Assembly (NCBI GenBank): GCA_030704615.1
Contig: CM060731.1
Coordinates: forward strand, 18,910,001-18,974,000
Direction of reading: 5' to 3'
Source: Takakia lepidozioides
Lineage: Eukaryota; Plantae; Bryophyta
Length of the DNA: 64,000 nt
The notes beneath the pieces were generated by a model, which had not been told where the DNA came from, made no database searches, and worked only from the letters and a program-made list of their open reading frames with translations. Positions 36,181 to 48,988 of this stretch are shown here, one piece after another. Position 1 is the first letter of the stretch, and every line of letters starts with the position of its first letter. The translations under genes and the position numbers were made by a program.

Positions 36181-37794
36181 TGCCCACACCATAATAAGTG
36201 GTAGTGGGCTGTGCTGTTGAAGCAAACAGATTTTTCCCTGGATTACTTGATACCATGGAAAAGTTTTGTAGTCATGTCATGTAGGTGGACAAGTGCAATA
36301 CTCTCTGAGTACCGAAGAAAACAGGCAAGCCCATGGACTTAGTAAATAAATTAAGACTTACGAAGGCAACTCAATTCAAATCTAGAAACCGTAAAAAGAT
36401 CGTAGGATTTAGGACCGCAAACTCGTCCTGTAAAGAGGAAGTTTAAACTCTTCTTTGTTTGGTAGGTGGGATTAATTATTGTATAGAAACTGTCATTAGC
36501 GTACCATGGATCCCTTAAACTAACCATAGGCAAGTGGGTGGTTCTTTGAGCCCAACCCATTTCGCTGCACACCTCGACCCCTCCTAGCTGGTATGTCGTC
36601 ACCATGTCCGCGCGCGTCCAGGGCTCGCCATATAAATGGTGCGTCTGTCGGAGGAGGCCACCGGTGATTACTGAGTCGGAGTCTGTGGAGGCCAAGCCAG
36701 CCTGTCCATGCACCAGCATGCTAAGACCCCATGCGCTGAACTCTCATCCCCTCCATGATGCCCACACGCTAGAACAATAGGCGCCCTTTTCTTTGGAAGT
36801 CAAAAACCTAAATAGTCAAGATTTCTCGCAAATCGAATCACATTTCCTTTTGCTGTTTTTTATTTGTTATTCTTTTCTAAGGCACACGAACAAGACACCA
36901 ATTACAGATTAAGTATTTTTATAAAAAGGCTTAGGTGTTGTACTAACATCATGGATACCCTTGAGGTGCAATATGGCTGCACCATTGGATTTCCTTCATT
37001 TTGAGTGGTCCTTCGAGTACCGAGTGATTGGTCTCTACCACATTATCTCCAGTACTAGGACCGGGGATATACCTCCCCATCATGCCACATTGATTTGCAA
37101 GTTAATACGCCAGCGCATTCTAACCATCTCACATAGGAGTACTGCTCACCACCCGGGTCGGAGCCCACGCCCCAAGGGCTCATCTTGCGCCCATCTCCAC
37201 TTTCTTCCAGTTCAACACACGTTGGCCAAGCTGTTGTCAACCTCCCTTTTTGGGTTATATTCACTTCGCAACTTGAACTGAAAGCAACCATGTTGCAAGC
37301 TATAGCCTCCAAACACTAAAATCCATGAGAATGCCTCTGTGTTAGTCAGAACAAGTACACCAGTGTCCCTGGGTACAAATGTTGCATAAGGAAGTCATTT
37401 CTTCATAACTCACTTGAATCTGAACCAAGTATGGATGGTACAAACACTTTTGGACTTCTTGCAGCCCAAGTCCTGTCCAGAGACTCAAGATTAGTGAGAA
37501 GTTTGCAAAGTAAACCTTCTGCTCAACTTCTTGTTTACCTTCAGATGCTTCAAAGTAGCAACAAAATTCTTTCTATTTGCATAACAGGGATGGGCTCCTA
37601 AGAATTGAAGAATTGATTCGGGGTAACCACGTCTTCTAGCCCAGCCGTAGGAGTGGTGATTCTAGCTCTGATTTCAGCATGATCAAACCCTGGAAGATAA
37701 AGATAGAAAAATGCATCTTCATACATCTTCACCCAGGGGAACTAAACTTCAGCCATGATAGTTAGCCGTGATCACACTTGCTTATGATGCCTGT

Positions 37795-40700
37795 CTAGTA
37801 CTGTATGCGACCTATGTCTTTCAGCCAGGTTAGCAGCTCTCTAAGTCCCTCTTTCAGAGGTCGAGACATATATCCGAGCTCTCTCTCCGCCTTTGCACTT
37901 GAGTAGGCCCACTCATGCTTCAAAACCTCTACGGCCTGCACAGTCAAGAACACGATGTCCAGACCATCTTTAGGAGCTCATCAGCATACATGCTGTAAAG
38001 GTCCATACCCATGAAGAAGAAGGTTAGTACACTTTCACCGTGCAATATCACTACACTTCATCAACACACACACTACCTGAGTCTGACCCAGAATGGGTAT
38101 GGATCACCACAATGCAGCTATTTCTTGGCTCCCACGATAGCAATAATTAAGTCTTCCTGAGAGTCCTTCCAGACCCTTCACCGGGAGCTTTGGAGCAAGG
38201 CTATTCATCAAGGTGCCTCTCCAGTTTCCCCCACAATAGCAAGCTTTGCAAACAATTCCCAAGATCAAATCTAAATGTACAGGTGCATGCAATCATAGAG
38301 AACAGGGTTGGATAAAAATAAGCATACATGATTAGTGATGAAAGGTTGCTTCTGACTCAGGCCAGTCTGTAAACTGAAGCGGGTCCACAGAACACACACA
38401 TGCCCTGCAAACTCCATAAGCCACAGGGGAATGTGAAAATATGGAGCTTTTGTCCCTGTCAAGCTCGCAGCCATGTCAAAAATGTCCACAAAGGAGGCAT
38501 TGTCCCCGCACAACAGGTATCTCTCTCCCACTATCGCCTTCTCAATTGCTGCGAGGTGTCCGGACGCCACATCATCTACATGGCAGAGAGAAAACCTGGC
38601 TACCCCATTCCCAGGGTAGCCGGGCATTCGTCCACGAAACCGCTCAATCATCTGCAAGTACAAACTTCCCAGCTGTTGAGCAAGACTCTAGAATAACTGC
38701 TCTGCGAAATTCCTAATTGAACTTTCATCCTTCACCGAGATCATTTGCCCAAAGGAGACTGCAGACTGCAAAACTCTAGACGAGAAAGTAAGGAAAGGGT
38801 CACAGATAGGATTTGCACAATACAAAATACACTTTCCTCATCAAAGTTGTCTCATTACGAAATAGTGTCAAGGCTCATGATGGAAATTATTCTATCCTAT
38901 TGCCCAGGATGAAACTTTCCCTTTAATCTTCATTACCGGCCAGTTGTCATTGGGACTTGAAATTCTAATTCCACTCTTTACATGTAGTTCTGAAGTATTA
39001 GTCAAGACTAGTAAAAAATGAGGGATTTGGTGCTCTGATAATGGTCGCAGTAGAATGAATCCCCATTGCCATGTTTACTTGCAACAATGAGCACCAATCA
39101 AATTTCCCTTTAACCTAGGTTGAGAGAAGAGTTCGGGCATCACTGAAATGGATCTGCCACAATGTGATCTCCACAGGTTCAAAGCCAATGGAAGTACATG
39201 ATTGACAAGTACAATATCAGTGCATGGCATGCAGGTGGATTGTGCATGCAGATTCTATGGAGTGGAATGCTCTTATTTTAGGCTGCCCATAGAAGCCTTA
39301 TCTGAGCACAATATCAGTAGAAATAACCCCCCAACATTTGCTTGATTTTGAAGTGTTACTCACATAACAGGTTCATTCAAAAAATGCATGATTAGTACGG
39401 TTGCAAATCTCAATACAACAGGACTGATCGATCTGAGCACATACCAACCTCACATTGTCGGAGTTATTCTGACTAGAGGTTGAAAATGCTCTTGATTAGC
39501 TTCCACACATACCATTTCAGCCAGAGAGTTCCCTTTGGTGAGTTTGCCTGGCCCATACACCATGCCTGGGTAAAGCAATACAATTGGCACCCCTTGTGCG
39601 GCAGCCTCTCGAGCAACTTTGTCCGCCAGGAACTTGGACTCCTCATATGATGTGCAAAACTGTTTTCCTGGGTGAACCTGCACAATTCTCTGTTTTAGTA
39701 AACAGATATCTCAAGGGAAGGAAGTCTCCCGATAACCACCTGACTCGTGCAACAGATTCTGACAATGTATTGATTGAGTCACAAGCATAGATTAGTATGG
39801 GCTTCCATAAACCTCAGAGGCTGCATGGTCATACCATGCTGCCAACCCACTTTCTGTCTGGGGGACAGCAACAGTACTCTAAACTCATTTACTAGTATTC
39901 TAAACTTCAGTTGAGTCCAACACCCAAAAGATGCAAGCCAGAAAGTGTAGTTGCCAGCGATGTGGAAAGTGAATAAAACAGGCTCATCAACCAATTCTCA
40001 AAGCTAGCTGTTGAGAATCAGCTTTTTCTGTTTGGCCAACATGTGGCAACCACAGTAAAACCCCTGCCGACTGCCGATTGTACCGAAAAGCTCCAACCGG
40101 GCCTACAGCTAGCTAGTAATTTTAATAGTAAGAGACTGGCGAGAAAAAGGAGACCACAGTGAACCTGTTCTTCATCAGCAACATTCCCATCTGTTGGACC
40201 CAGAGCGAAAAAAGACGATGTGTAGATGAGCTTTTTGACAGTGGAATTGGCCTTCACAGCATTGATCACGTTCTTTAGTCCTGCTACATTTACCTGTAAT
40301 TTGCAATCCAGCCAGAGTTAGTCCAGTAGTAGTTCTCAGAATCACACTGGGTCGGCTTTGAGATACAGTGAGTTGGTTCACTCAGTGGAACTGCATTCAC
40401 CCATTCCACCACTATGCTCTCAAAAAGACCAGTTGCAACTGATGACAGGGAAACAGAATAAATGCCACGCGCGCTTCAAATTGCTGTGAAAGCCGACATG
40501 GGCATTGGCACACCTACTTTAGTGCAACGATCTCAAGAATTGGAGACAGCTCCACCAAATGCAATGCAAACTATTGGCTTGAACCATGTAACAACAATTC
40601 GAGCAAGGAAAAACTAGACAAACTTAAAATTGATGGGGAGAAGATGGCTCCAACTCAATCTCTGAAACGCATATGTACACTGTTTTAGGCGTACCGTACT

Positions 40701-41087
40701 GCTCTTGAACTCTTCCATTGAACTGGAGAACTATCCCGAGGAGCAATGCTAGCGAAACCACAAATGCGGCCAGCACACCACCTTCTACTTACCCAAAACA
40801 AGGGGTAAAACAGAGTATAGAGTACACACCGTGATGAACTGGGAGTTGTCGGGCAACCAGGCACCCACCAAGGCGGCTGTATGAATGACAGCATCACATC
40901 CACTACAGGCAGCCATGAGCGACTGAGCATCCAGAATGTCGCCCACGGCCAACTCTACCTCTGGTGGCAGCCCATCCACCACACTGCTGCTCCGCACCAA
41001 TGCCCGAACAGTGTAACCCGCATGCACCATCGCTAGACACAGACGACATCCTAGAAACCCTGAGGCACCCGTCAATAGCACCCTCAT
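37795..41087 (-). CDS. FLDH: NAD(P)-dependent extended SDR, farnesol dehydrogenase (FLDH)/DFR-like, 5 exons
   Basis: Exons 41087-40830, 40293-40165, 39677-39513, 38651-38328, 37935-37795. Motifs TGASGFLG, IHTAALV..WLPD, YTSSFFALGPTDG, catalytic YEESK, LYPGMVYGPGKLT.GN, CHVDDVA.GH, HEWAYSSAKAERELGY. Confidence 0.92.
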
Positions 41088-42269
41088 TGTCTCCCTGCAC
41101 CACAACCCAATTCATGCAAATGCTCCCTGCTGCAAGCTTGCAATCCCCATGGCATTCACCTCCACAAGAGATCCTCTCAGTGCTCTTGAAGGCCGAAAAC
41201 AGGGAGTTCAAGGAGTTTCTGGCTTGGTTTGCGCACACGCAGCAGGTGGATTTGAACTCCGCACCGCATCACCACCACTAAATCCTTCTTCTTTTATTGT
41301 TTCTTCTTCCAATGCTTCGAACTTCCCTGGATGTTTCCGAGAGAGAGAGGGAGAGAGAGAGATGGTGCTGCAAGAGTAGAACACAACAGTGAGAGACTTG
41401 GCTGTTGAAGCAATGTGTTTGAATACGATGCAATGCAATTAAGCTTATTAGTACAGTAGATATGTATAAGTCACTGGAAGGCTGAAGGATCGCCGTGTAT
41501 GTTGTGTAGCAACACCAGCTAAGTTTGAAAAATATGAGTGCCACTGATGTGAATAGTTCTGGTTGACAGGAATGTGCTGGATAGTGAGCGATCATTTGTA
41601 TAGGGGAAATGAGACCAGGAGTAGCATGAGGGCACAATCGGCCACAGCTGCTATGCTCGACGAGACGTAGTAGGGACTGACCTCGGTTAATGGGGACCTC
41701 GATTAGGGGAGATGTTGGGCTAAGTGGCATCAATATCTAAACCCACGCTGAACCAGAAATACAACAGTCAGGCCTTGAGATTTTTTCTAACATGGAAGTG
41801 GGTTGCGGAGACGACAAAGTGTGGTGAATGCGCAGCTCTGTGTTCTCTTCCGCTGCTGCAGCGAGTTGCTTGAAGGATGTATGGCGGGCAAAGGATACAG
41901 AGCCCCTCCTTTTTACTCTACACACACCACACTCTCTCTCTTCGTGCAAGAGTGCAGACGGGTTCCCCGCGGAGGAGATGTTTTCGTCCACGCTTTTCTC
42001 TCAGTGCAACAACGAGCCACGACAATGTTTCTCCTCTGAATGCGTCGGAGCCCACATATCATGCAGCGGATCAATGGGGCAAAATGTGTAGTTGAAGTGG
42101 GTGAATCTCCGCCCCTGATCTTTGGGGAGAGCTTTATGATGGCATTATCATCTTTATCCACGAATCTACCCAAGGAGGGTCGCAGTTTTCAGCTGTCTCT
42201 CTATACTTTTTGAGTTGATTGCAAACAAGTGTAGTTACAGTCTGCTTCATCCTTTTCCAGAGAGCCTCG

Positions 42270-43055
42270 GAAAATCAAGCGCTGCTGGTCAGGGGGGTAC
42301 CCTCCTTATCCTGAATCATGGTCTTCACGTTGTCAATTGTGTCCAAGCTCTCAACCTCCAGAGTGATAGACTTGCCTGTCAGAGTCTTCACAAATGCATC
42401 CCCTCAGTCGGAGCACGAGGTGAAGAGTGGACTCCTTCTGGATGGTATAATCTGCCCCGGGCAACCCCATCCTCCAGTTGCTTGCCTATAAAGATGAGCC
42501 TCCGCTGGTCAGGGGGAATCCCTTCCTTGTCTTGAATCTTAACTTGACGTTGTCAATCTGATCTTTACACATCCAAAGTGTTTGTCTTTCCACTTAGTGT
42601 TTTCACAAAGATCTGCATGCCTTCCTTCTGGATGTTGTGAGTGCGGCCATATTCTCCTGCAATGATCAGGCGCTGCTGGTCAGGAGGAATACATGAGGGT
42701 ATACCCTCCTCATCTTGAATCTTAGTCTTCCATTGGGACGGTGTCAGAACTCTGCAGCTCAAGAGTAATGGTCTCTCCAGTCAGTGTTTTCATGAAGATC
42801 TGCATGCCTCCCCCTCAAATGGAGCACCAAATGTAAAGTGGACTCCTTCTGGATGTTGTAATCAGCCAGGATACAGCCGTCCTCAAGTTGCTTGCCAGCA
42901 AAGATCAAACACTGCTGATTGGGGAAGATGCCCTCCGTGTCCTGAATCTTAGTCTTCACATTATTGATCGTATCCGAGCTTCCACCTCAAGAGTGATAGA
43001 CTGCCCAGTCAGGTTTTTCACAAAGATCTGCATGTCTCCCCTCAAATGGAGCATA
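42270..43055 (-). pseudogene. UBQ: Polyubiquitin pseudogene (tail of one unit plus about 3.5 head-to-tail units)
   Basis: Repeated [17 protein letters not shown] / [17 protein letters not shown] / [17 protein letters not shown] fragments, with frameshifts, stops or deletions in every unit. Confidence 0.9.
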
Positions 43056-43059
43056 CCAA

Positions 43060-45660
43060 GTGCTTTCTGCTCTGTCCAAATTTGGGATGTCTATGTGCAC
43101 TAGCTATGGCAAGCAAAGGTATGTAGATGTCTGTCACACCTTTGCATATGGAGGAAATTTGAAGGTTGTTGCTAGGTTTAACTCCAATCTTAGATGTGTG
43201 ATACATGAGACTTATTACTCTCAAAGTGGACATCTTCCTCTCTTGCAGTCCATGGGGAATCTAGAAAATGCCTGCTTTATTGGGATTGTAATGTTATGAA
43301 CCTGTCTCCGTCAGATTTAGGTTACGTGCCCTCCGCATCATAGAGATTGTTGCTGGTCAAGCAAGCTGTATCTAGAAACAATGTTGCAGTTTCTCATAGC
43401 ACAACTGGATATCTTTCTATTTACAGTTATGTACAGTATCAAGTGGGTGTGTTGTGATCTGGACATAGGGCCTTCTGTAGTTGTGGAAAGGTCAAGGTGT
43501 AAATTTTTTCACCTGTGATATTTACTGCACTTTTGTATGGGTCACATGTTTTGAAATAGGTTTGATAGCAGACTCCCAGTCTTTTTGGAGCTCTGAAAAC
43601 TTTTATGTTGGAAAGGGACTTCTAAAATGTGGATATTCTGAGGAGTGCACATGAAATGAGATGGTGTCTGCTATGTCCGGTTATTTACCCTCCTAGGCGG
43701 GTACCGTAATTGCTGTCATGTATGATGATCTACCACTCCATACTTAGGCAGCTTGAATAATGAGGAATAACAGGTGCCTCTGTAGCATTGTTTCTAGTTG
43801 TTGAGCATATGCAGATCTTCTTTCACCTGAGAATTTCATGTTGGTCTGCTGGTGTTGGGGTTCTTCCATGAGACTGGCAATGGATTGCTACATCTGTCTG
43901 TATCTATAGGTTTTTTCCATTTCCTTCTCTGCTAGTTCCCTCCTCCTGGTTGTATGACCTTGCTGTGAATGCAAATTCATCGACACAGTTGTAAAGGAGA
44001 AGTTTACAGTCTGCCTGAGGGCTGGTTTTGGGTTCTCTATTGAATATCTTTCCTCGTGCTAGCAGTTTATGCTTGAAATGCAGGCTCTGGACAGTTCTGT
44101 TTTGAGCACGTTTCCATTGTGTCTTTTTCAGAAGGCATACTTACAAAAAGAGGAGGCCAGGTATGTTCCATTTGTGAGAGAGTTGATGATTTCTATGCCA
44201 CACAAAAGTCATGTTCAACCTTGTGCAGAAAAATGTGAACAGGTTTTTTTCAAGAGTAGTCCTACTGGAGATTTTTCATCGTATGCTTCGGCAAGTTGCT
44301 CTAATGTGGACTGGGGTAGTTGGCAACAGATTGTTCATTACTGTTGTGTCTTTCAACCTGTCACTCCACATGTCTGGCTGATTACAAAGTCCCTGAGCTG
44401 CTGCTCTACAGTACTGCTTGTTGACATGTGTCCATGCAGCTTGTCTTGATGATTGGTTCCAGGGCGACTCTATCTTGGTTGTTGCAAGTTCATGAGACCA
44501 GAGTAAGCTTCCTTTCCATGTGAAGTTTTGTTTTATACTGCTGCTGGGGCTGAGAAAGCCAATATACAGACATGGAGAAGCTTTTGAATATAATAGTTCT
44601 CAAAATGTTTTTGGGAGAGTTGAGGCAAAGATGTGAATGTTTGTCATGTTATAGCACAAGCAGGCAACATGATGCACTGAGCAACTTTTTGTAGATATTC
44701 TACAGGCACTCTATTGTGCTGCCCATCATGTGAACTGCAAATACTGGCGAAGCTTAGGGAGGCTTAGCTTTGTGACAGGACCTACAGTGATTATTTATCA
44801 CTTTGCAAATAAGTTTTTTCGATCTGTTGTTATGATGACACTTGAATGTGTGCAGTCACCATAAACCATAAATCAACCTGCAGTCCTTGGAGGCTGATTG
44901 TGTATTCTTGAATCTCTCATCTTTAGCAGGAGCTGTGTAAATGCCAATCGAACTGATTTTGACACCAAGCTAAGACCTCATTTGCACTCGAAGGTAGATA
45001 AGAAGAGATATCCTATTTGGCCTCACTGTTCACACTTCACTATCCCATGTGGCACAAGTGCCATGCAGGATAGCAGGATTTTAGAGAGCTGCTGCGGGTA
45101 GCGTCAACTTGACAGCTATCTTAATCCTTGCTCAGAGCAGGATTTATACTCTGTTGCTGATAGCTCCAAATGCGAATGCCGACAGGTTAAGCAAATACCA
45201 TGACTGGTGCTTTGACAGCTTGCCATGTGACAATCCGTCAGACCTGTAAGAGGTATGTTAGGGAAATACCTATCTGCTAGTGTGAATGGAGCTTGAGCTC
45301 CACATTTTGGGTATACCAAAGAACATACAAAGGTATTATGAGCATATTACACTTGTGCCCACTGTCGATGGAATGAAGGAATGGTGTGAGTCAACCGATG
45401 TCAAGACTTATATAATGGACACCATAGTTGACTACTGGGGGTAAACATTGTTGTAGCCAGCAGTACCGATCGAACCTAGGGACACAGAAGACAACAGTAA
45501 TACTGATACTCCAGGGAGTGACAAGTTTCAGTGTCCACTGTGTATGCTAAAAGCTTGACTTCAACCACAAAAAATGAGTCTATTGGACAAGTGCTTCTCT
45601 CATCCTGAGGAAGTGAGGCTCGCACGATTTGAGTTCTGAAGCCATTTGTTGCGTACTCAA
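43060..45660 (+). pseudogene. Heavily decayed PLS-class PPR gene relic with E domain (DYW domain uncertain)
   Basis: Ordered fragments in shifting frames: LLQSMGNLENA (~43240), EIGLIAD..FYVGKGLLKCGYSEE (~43555-43645), AQAGNM (~44655), KRYPIWPHCSHFT then AGF (~45000-45080), GALTACHV (~45205), MELE (~45286), RWNE (~45366). Boundaries are approximate. Confidence 0.55.
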
Positions 45661-45730
45661 AAACTGAACTTTAGGTAGCATGATCCTGTAATCAAATCCT
45701 GACTATTCACATGGGGCCCCCTTGTCTTAA

Positions 45731-46552
45731 CCCTTCAGTTCCCAAGCCCTTTTTTTACTTTTTACCAATTTTGGGTACCCAGCTGCAGTAAATTGCCCCT
45801 ATAAACCTACCAAGAATCATCCAGAGATTCCAGCCTTATCGTAGTGGGCCCAGCTCATTTATGCATGACATACCAAAAAATGAGCCAAGGCCACCGTGGA
45901 AATTGTGAGATAATAACGTTGGCCCGGACCTCAAATATGAGGTCCCAAGGAAAAAGTGAGAAAGAAATTGTTTGACCAAATCAAATCCTAGCTTTATCCA
46001 ATTTTACTTGCCCCAAGACCCACCATTTCCAAATCAATAGTGGAGTGGCTATGACCCCACTAAATTGCAGGTCCAACTGATTTTTTCACCTATGGTTGCT
46101 ATTCATGCAATTACATAGGGGTTGAAATCTCAAAATTGACAAGAGAAAATGTGCCTCCAAATGAAGTACTTTTTTTTCTACAAATTTTTTAAAAGCCAAT
46201 GGTGGATGTGTGTATGTAAAGCTCACACACCACAAGGTGAAGTGCTTTTTCTAAAATTGTTAATTTTCTGCCAAAAAGGCCTTTGGAGTGCAATCTGTTT
46301 TGGGCTTGTTTACCTGCCATGTCAGCGGTCAACAAGCCCTTTTCAGGCCCAAAACGTAAATGAGAGATCTAAGATTTTTTTGTAGGTCGTAGCTTTTGTT
46401 TTTTATTTCAATTTTATTTTTTGCATCGTACTCCAGACAAATCCCTTGTCATTAAAGCTTCAGGAGTGGGCCCCATCAGATTAGATCTGCAAAAATTAGG
46501 TCGAACTGCAAATTCAAAGTGACCCGATTCAGGTCGCTTGGGAACTTAAGGG
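45731..46552. mobile_element. Second non-autonomous piggyBac-like TIR element, 822 bp
   Basis: Left flank TTAA (45727-30). 17-bp TIR CCCTTCAGTTCCCAAGC / GCTTGGGAACTTAAGGG with one mismatch. Right flank reads ACTT, not TTAA. The right end resembles that of 28485-29714. Confidence 0.65.
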
Positions 46553-48507
46553 ACTTGATTTGCATGCAGAATTGTGTTTACCACCAGATCTTGGCTCTAG
46601 TGAGTAAAAGACATGGCATTAGCACACCTTACTACTGATATCCCTTTTATTTTTATATTGAACAGCCTGCACATGGGTCATTTTAAGATGGGGACGTGTA
46701 CATCTGAGCGTCAGACATCAGATTTCTAGAAATATGCTGGATTCGCAAACACACCGGAATGATGGACGCCCAGTGGACAAATTGGAGGTGCTAAACTATT
46801 CATCAACAAGTGAGCATTATGATAACAAACACACAACAAACAACAGATTAGGGAACTCTTCCTTGTGGTGCTGGAACACTCACACTTGCGAGTGTTATCA
46901 CCCTAAAAACCTATACTTACTGAGAGAGATGACCCATAACCAAGGTGTACAGACTGATCCGATCAATGCAGCACTTCCTGTCAGAGTTCATACCCTGGCT
47001 GGAAGAACAAGCCCATCTGATCAATGCAAGACTGGCATCCCCTATGTGTCAGAGATAAGCAAAGGTAGCAAGGCAGTAATGATAGTGTCAGTGTCTGGCT
47101 CATTAGATGGCTGCATGCGATCCCTAAATGAGCTTCCAACTTGTGGCGGTACCTCCACTTTACTCTTGCAATCGCTGCTCTCCCCCTTCTTCTTCCTCCT
47201 CTTCTCTCTCCTCCTAACTCTATGCATGGCTTGTGGTGGGCCCCGAATGCGACCGAGAGGAGACATAAGATGCACGACGCCCGAGAGTGTCAGAAATGAA
47301 GTGGCCAGAGGGGCGCTCGCATGATTAGGGACCGTGTGATTCCGCCCGTGTGCGTTGGGGCAGGCGTAGTGATGGCGGTCATGGCAGCGCTGCCTCCCTT
47401 GTCCTTCTTGTCTCTCATCTGTCGGTGCCGCAGCCTTCCGCCATCTCTCCTTCCCTTCCGATCCTAACGAACTCCAAACTCCGTATGCACGAGACAGATT
47501 GTTGGGTTGCAAAGATTCCAGCAAAAGAATCTACTGATCTTCCCAAACAATCTCTGTGGCCATGTTGCCCAATTCTTCCAAGAGACTTTGAAAGGCTCCC
47601 AAATTCCAATTGGCTCCAGCCCACAAACAGCTGGGTGGGTAATGCAATGTATCTTCTGGGGTGTTTAAGGATTTGAACCCAAGTCAGGGAAAACCAAACC
47701 GGAGACAATTGGACAATTGGGACAATTGCGGAATCTGTCTTTTGAAATCCAAACCCACCTAACCTCCCGCAAGCAAGCTAGTTGGTCTGTAATGCGGAAA
47801 CTCGGTCCAAATTTGGGTTGCCCCAATTGAGCCTTGAGGCCTGTGGGCTACCAGATTACACTCAAAGTTTTGTGTTTGGACTAAGTATGCGAAAATTGCA
47901 GATGGGTGCGGTCGAATTTCGAACACAGCACGGCTTGGAAGAAGCAGGTCGGAAGCGGTGGGCAGTGATAGTATCTTTGCCCAAGAGAGGCAGATATTAT
48001 GGAGGAAGTGGATCTTTGTGTCTTTACATGCACAAAGTATGCGATCATGGGTGGTCTGCCAGCGAAGTGGGGAATTTTTCCCTTCCCTTCCTTGCGGGGC
48101 TTCGCACGACGGTTGCGCATTGTGGAGTTGCATATAACGCATGCAATGCGCAAGTATCGGACATCCATCCGTGGACACCTTTGTTGACCATCTTGGTCTT
48201 GCTTTTGAAAACTTCCATGCCCAAATAACATTTATAGAATGCAGGAGAAGACACACACCAGAAAGCCACCGCCTCTTTCCGGAAAAAAAAAAATGGTGAA
48301 CAACCCAATTGTCCTTAGAATCCCATTCCGGGATTTTCGGTTCGTTAAAATATCATACATAAAGGTTACTTGATGAGTCCAAAGTATATTCTCACATACT
48401 GACACTGTATCTCTGTCTCACTATCTATTCCGCGCATATTCCTCGTCCATTGGTCTCAAGGGTTACATGGTATGGGCTAACTTTGTCGATTTGAGTCCGA
48501 TGTCTTC

Positions 48508-48576
48508 TGCCATATTCCCATATTCCCATTTGTTGATGTCTTATGCCATATTCCCATATTCCCATTTGTTAATGTA
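48508..48576. repeat. Tandem duplication of about 36 bp (GCCATATTCCCATATTCCCATTTGTT.ATGT)
   Basis: Two adjacent near-identical copies are directly visible. Confidence 0.8.
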
Positions 48577-48755
48577 GGCGGAGTGGAGAGCCAAATTTAA
48601 AGTTGGTTTGGGAAGGACAAATGAAGACTCAACTACAAACATACAAATCATCATCTACAAAGTAAAGCCTGGGCGCCAGCACAAGGCTCATGGGACACCG
48701 CCCAAGGGAAGGGGGAGAATATTATCCCACACCGCCGCATAATATTACATATTAC

Positions 48756-48988
48756 ACGGTTGGTAACTCAGTTGAATACATGCACTGAGTTGTCACTTTG
48801 GTGGTTCTGGGTGCAAATCCTGCTACTCGGTCTTGCGGGTATGATTTGTTTTGTGACCGGTTGGTCTTGGGGCTAACGTTCCCTCCGGTGTGCCCAATGG
48901 GCTTATGTGAAAGGCGGTAAGTTTTCCCCCTCCTCAAGGGCCTGAATTGTGAGCAGTCGCTTGTCGCTACCAGGTTCCCTTAAAAAAA
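48756..48988 (+). mobile_element. tRNA-derived SINE, family A, most complete copy
   Basis: A-box-like TAACTCAGTTG, B-box-like GGGTGCAAATCC, body ATGGGCTTATGTGAAAGGCGG, 3' end CCCCTCCTCAAGGGCCTGA.TTGTGAGC..TCGCT..CCAGGTTCCCTT followed by A7. Confidence 0.7.

Noticed and set aside
36540-36795. GC-rich segment with TATAAA and a T-run as a pol III ncRNA (e.g. telomerase RNA)
   Set aside because: No telomere template, no convincing USE-TATA spacing and no similarity to RNAs I can recall.
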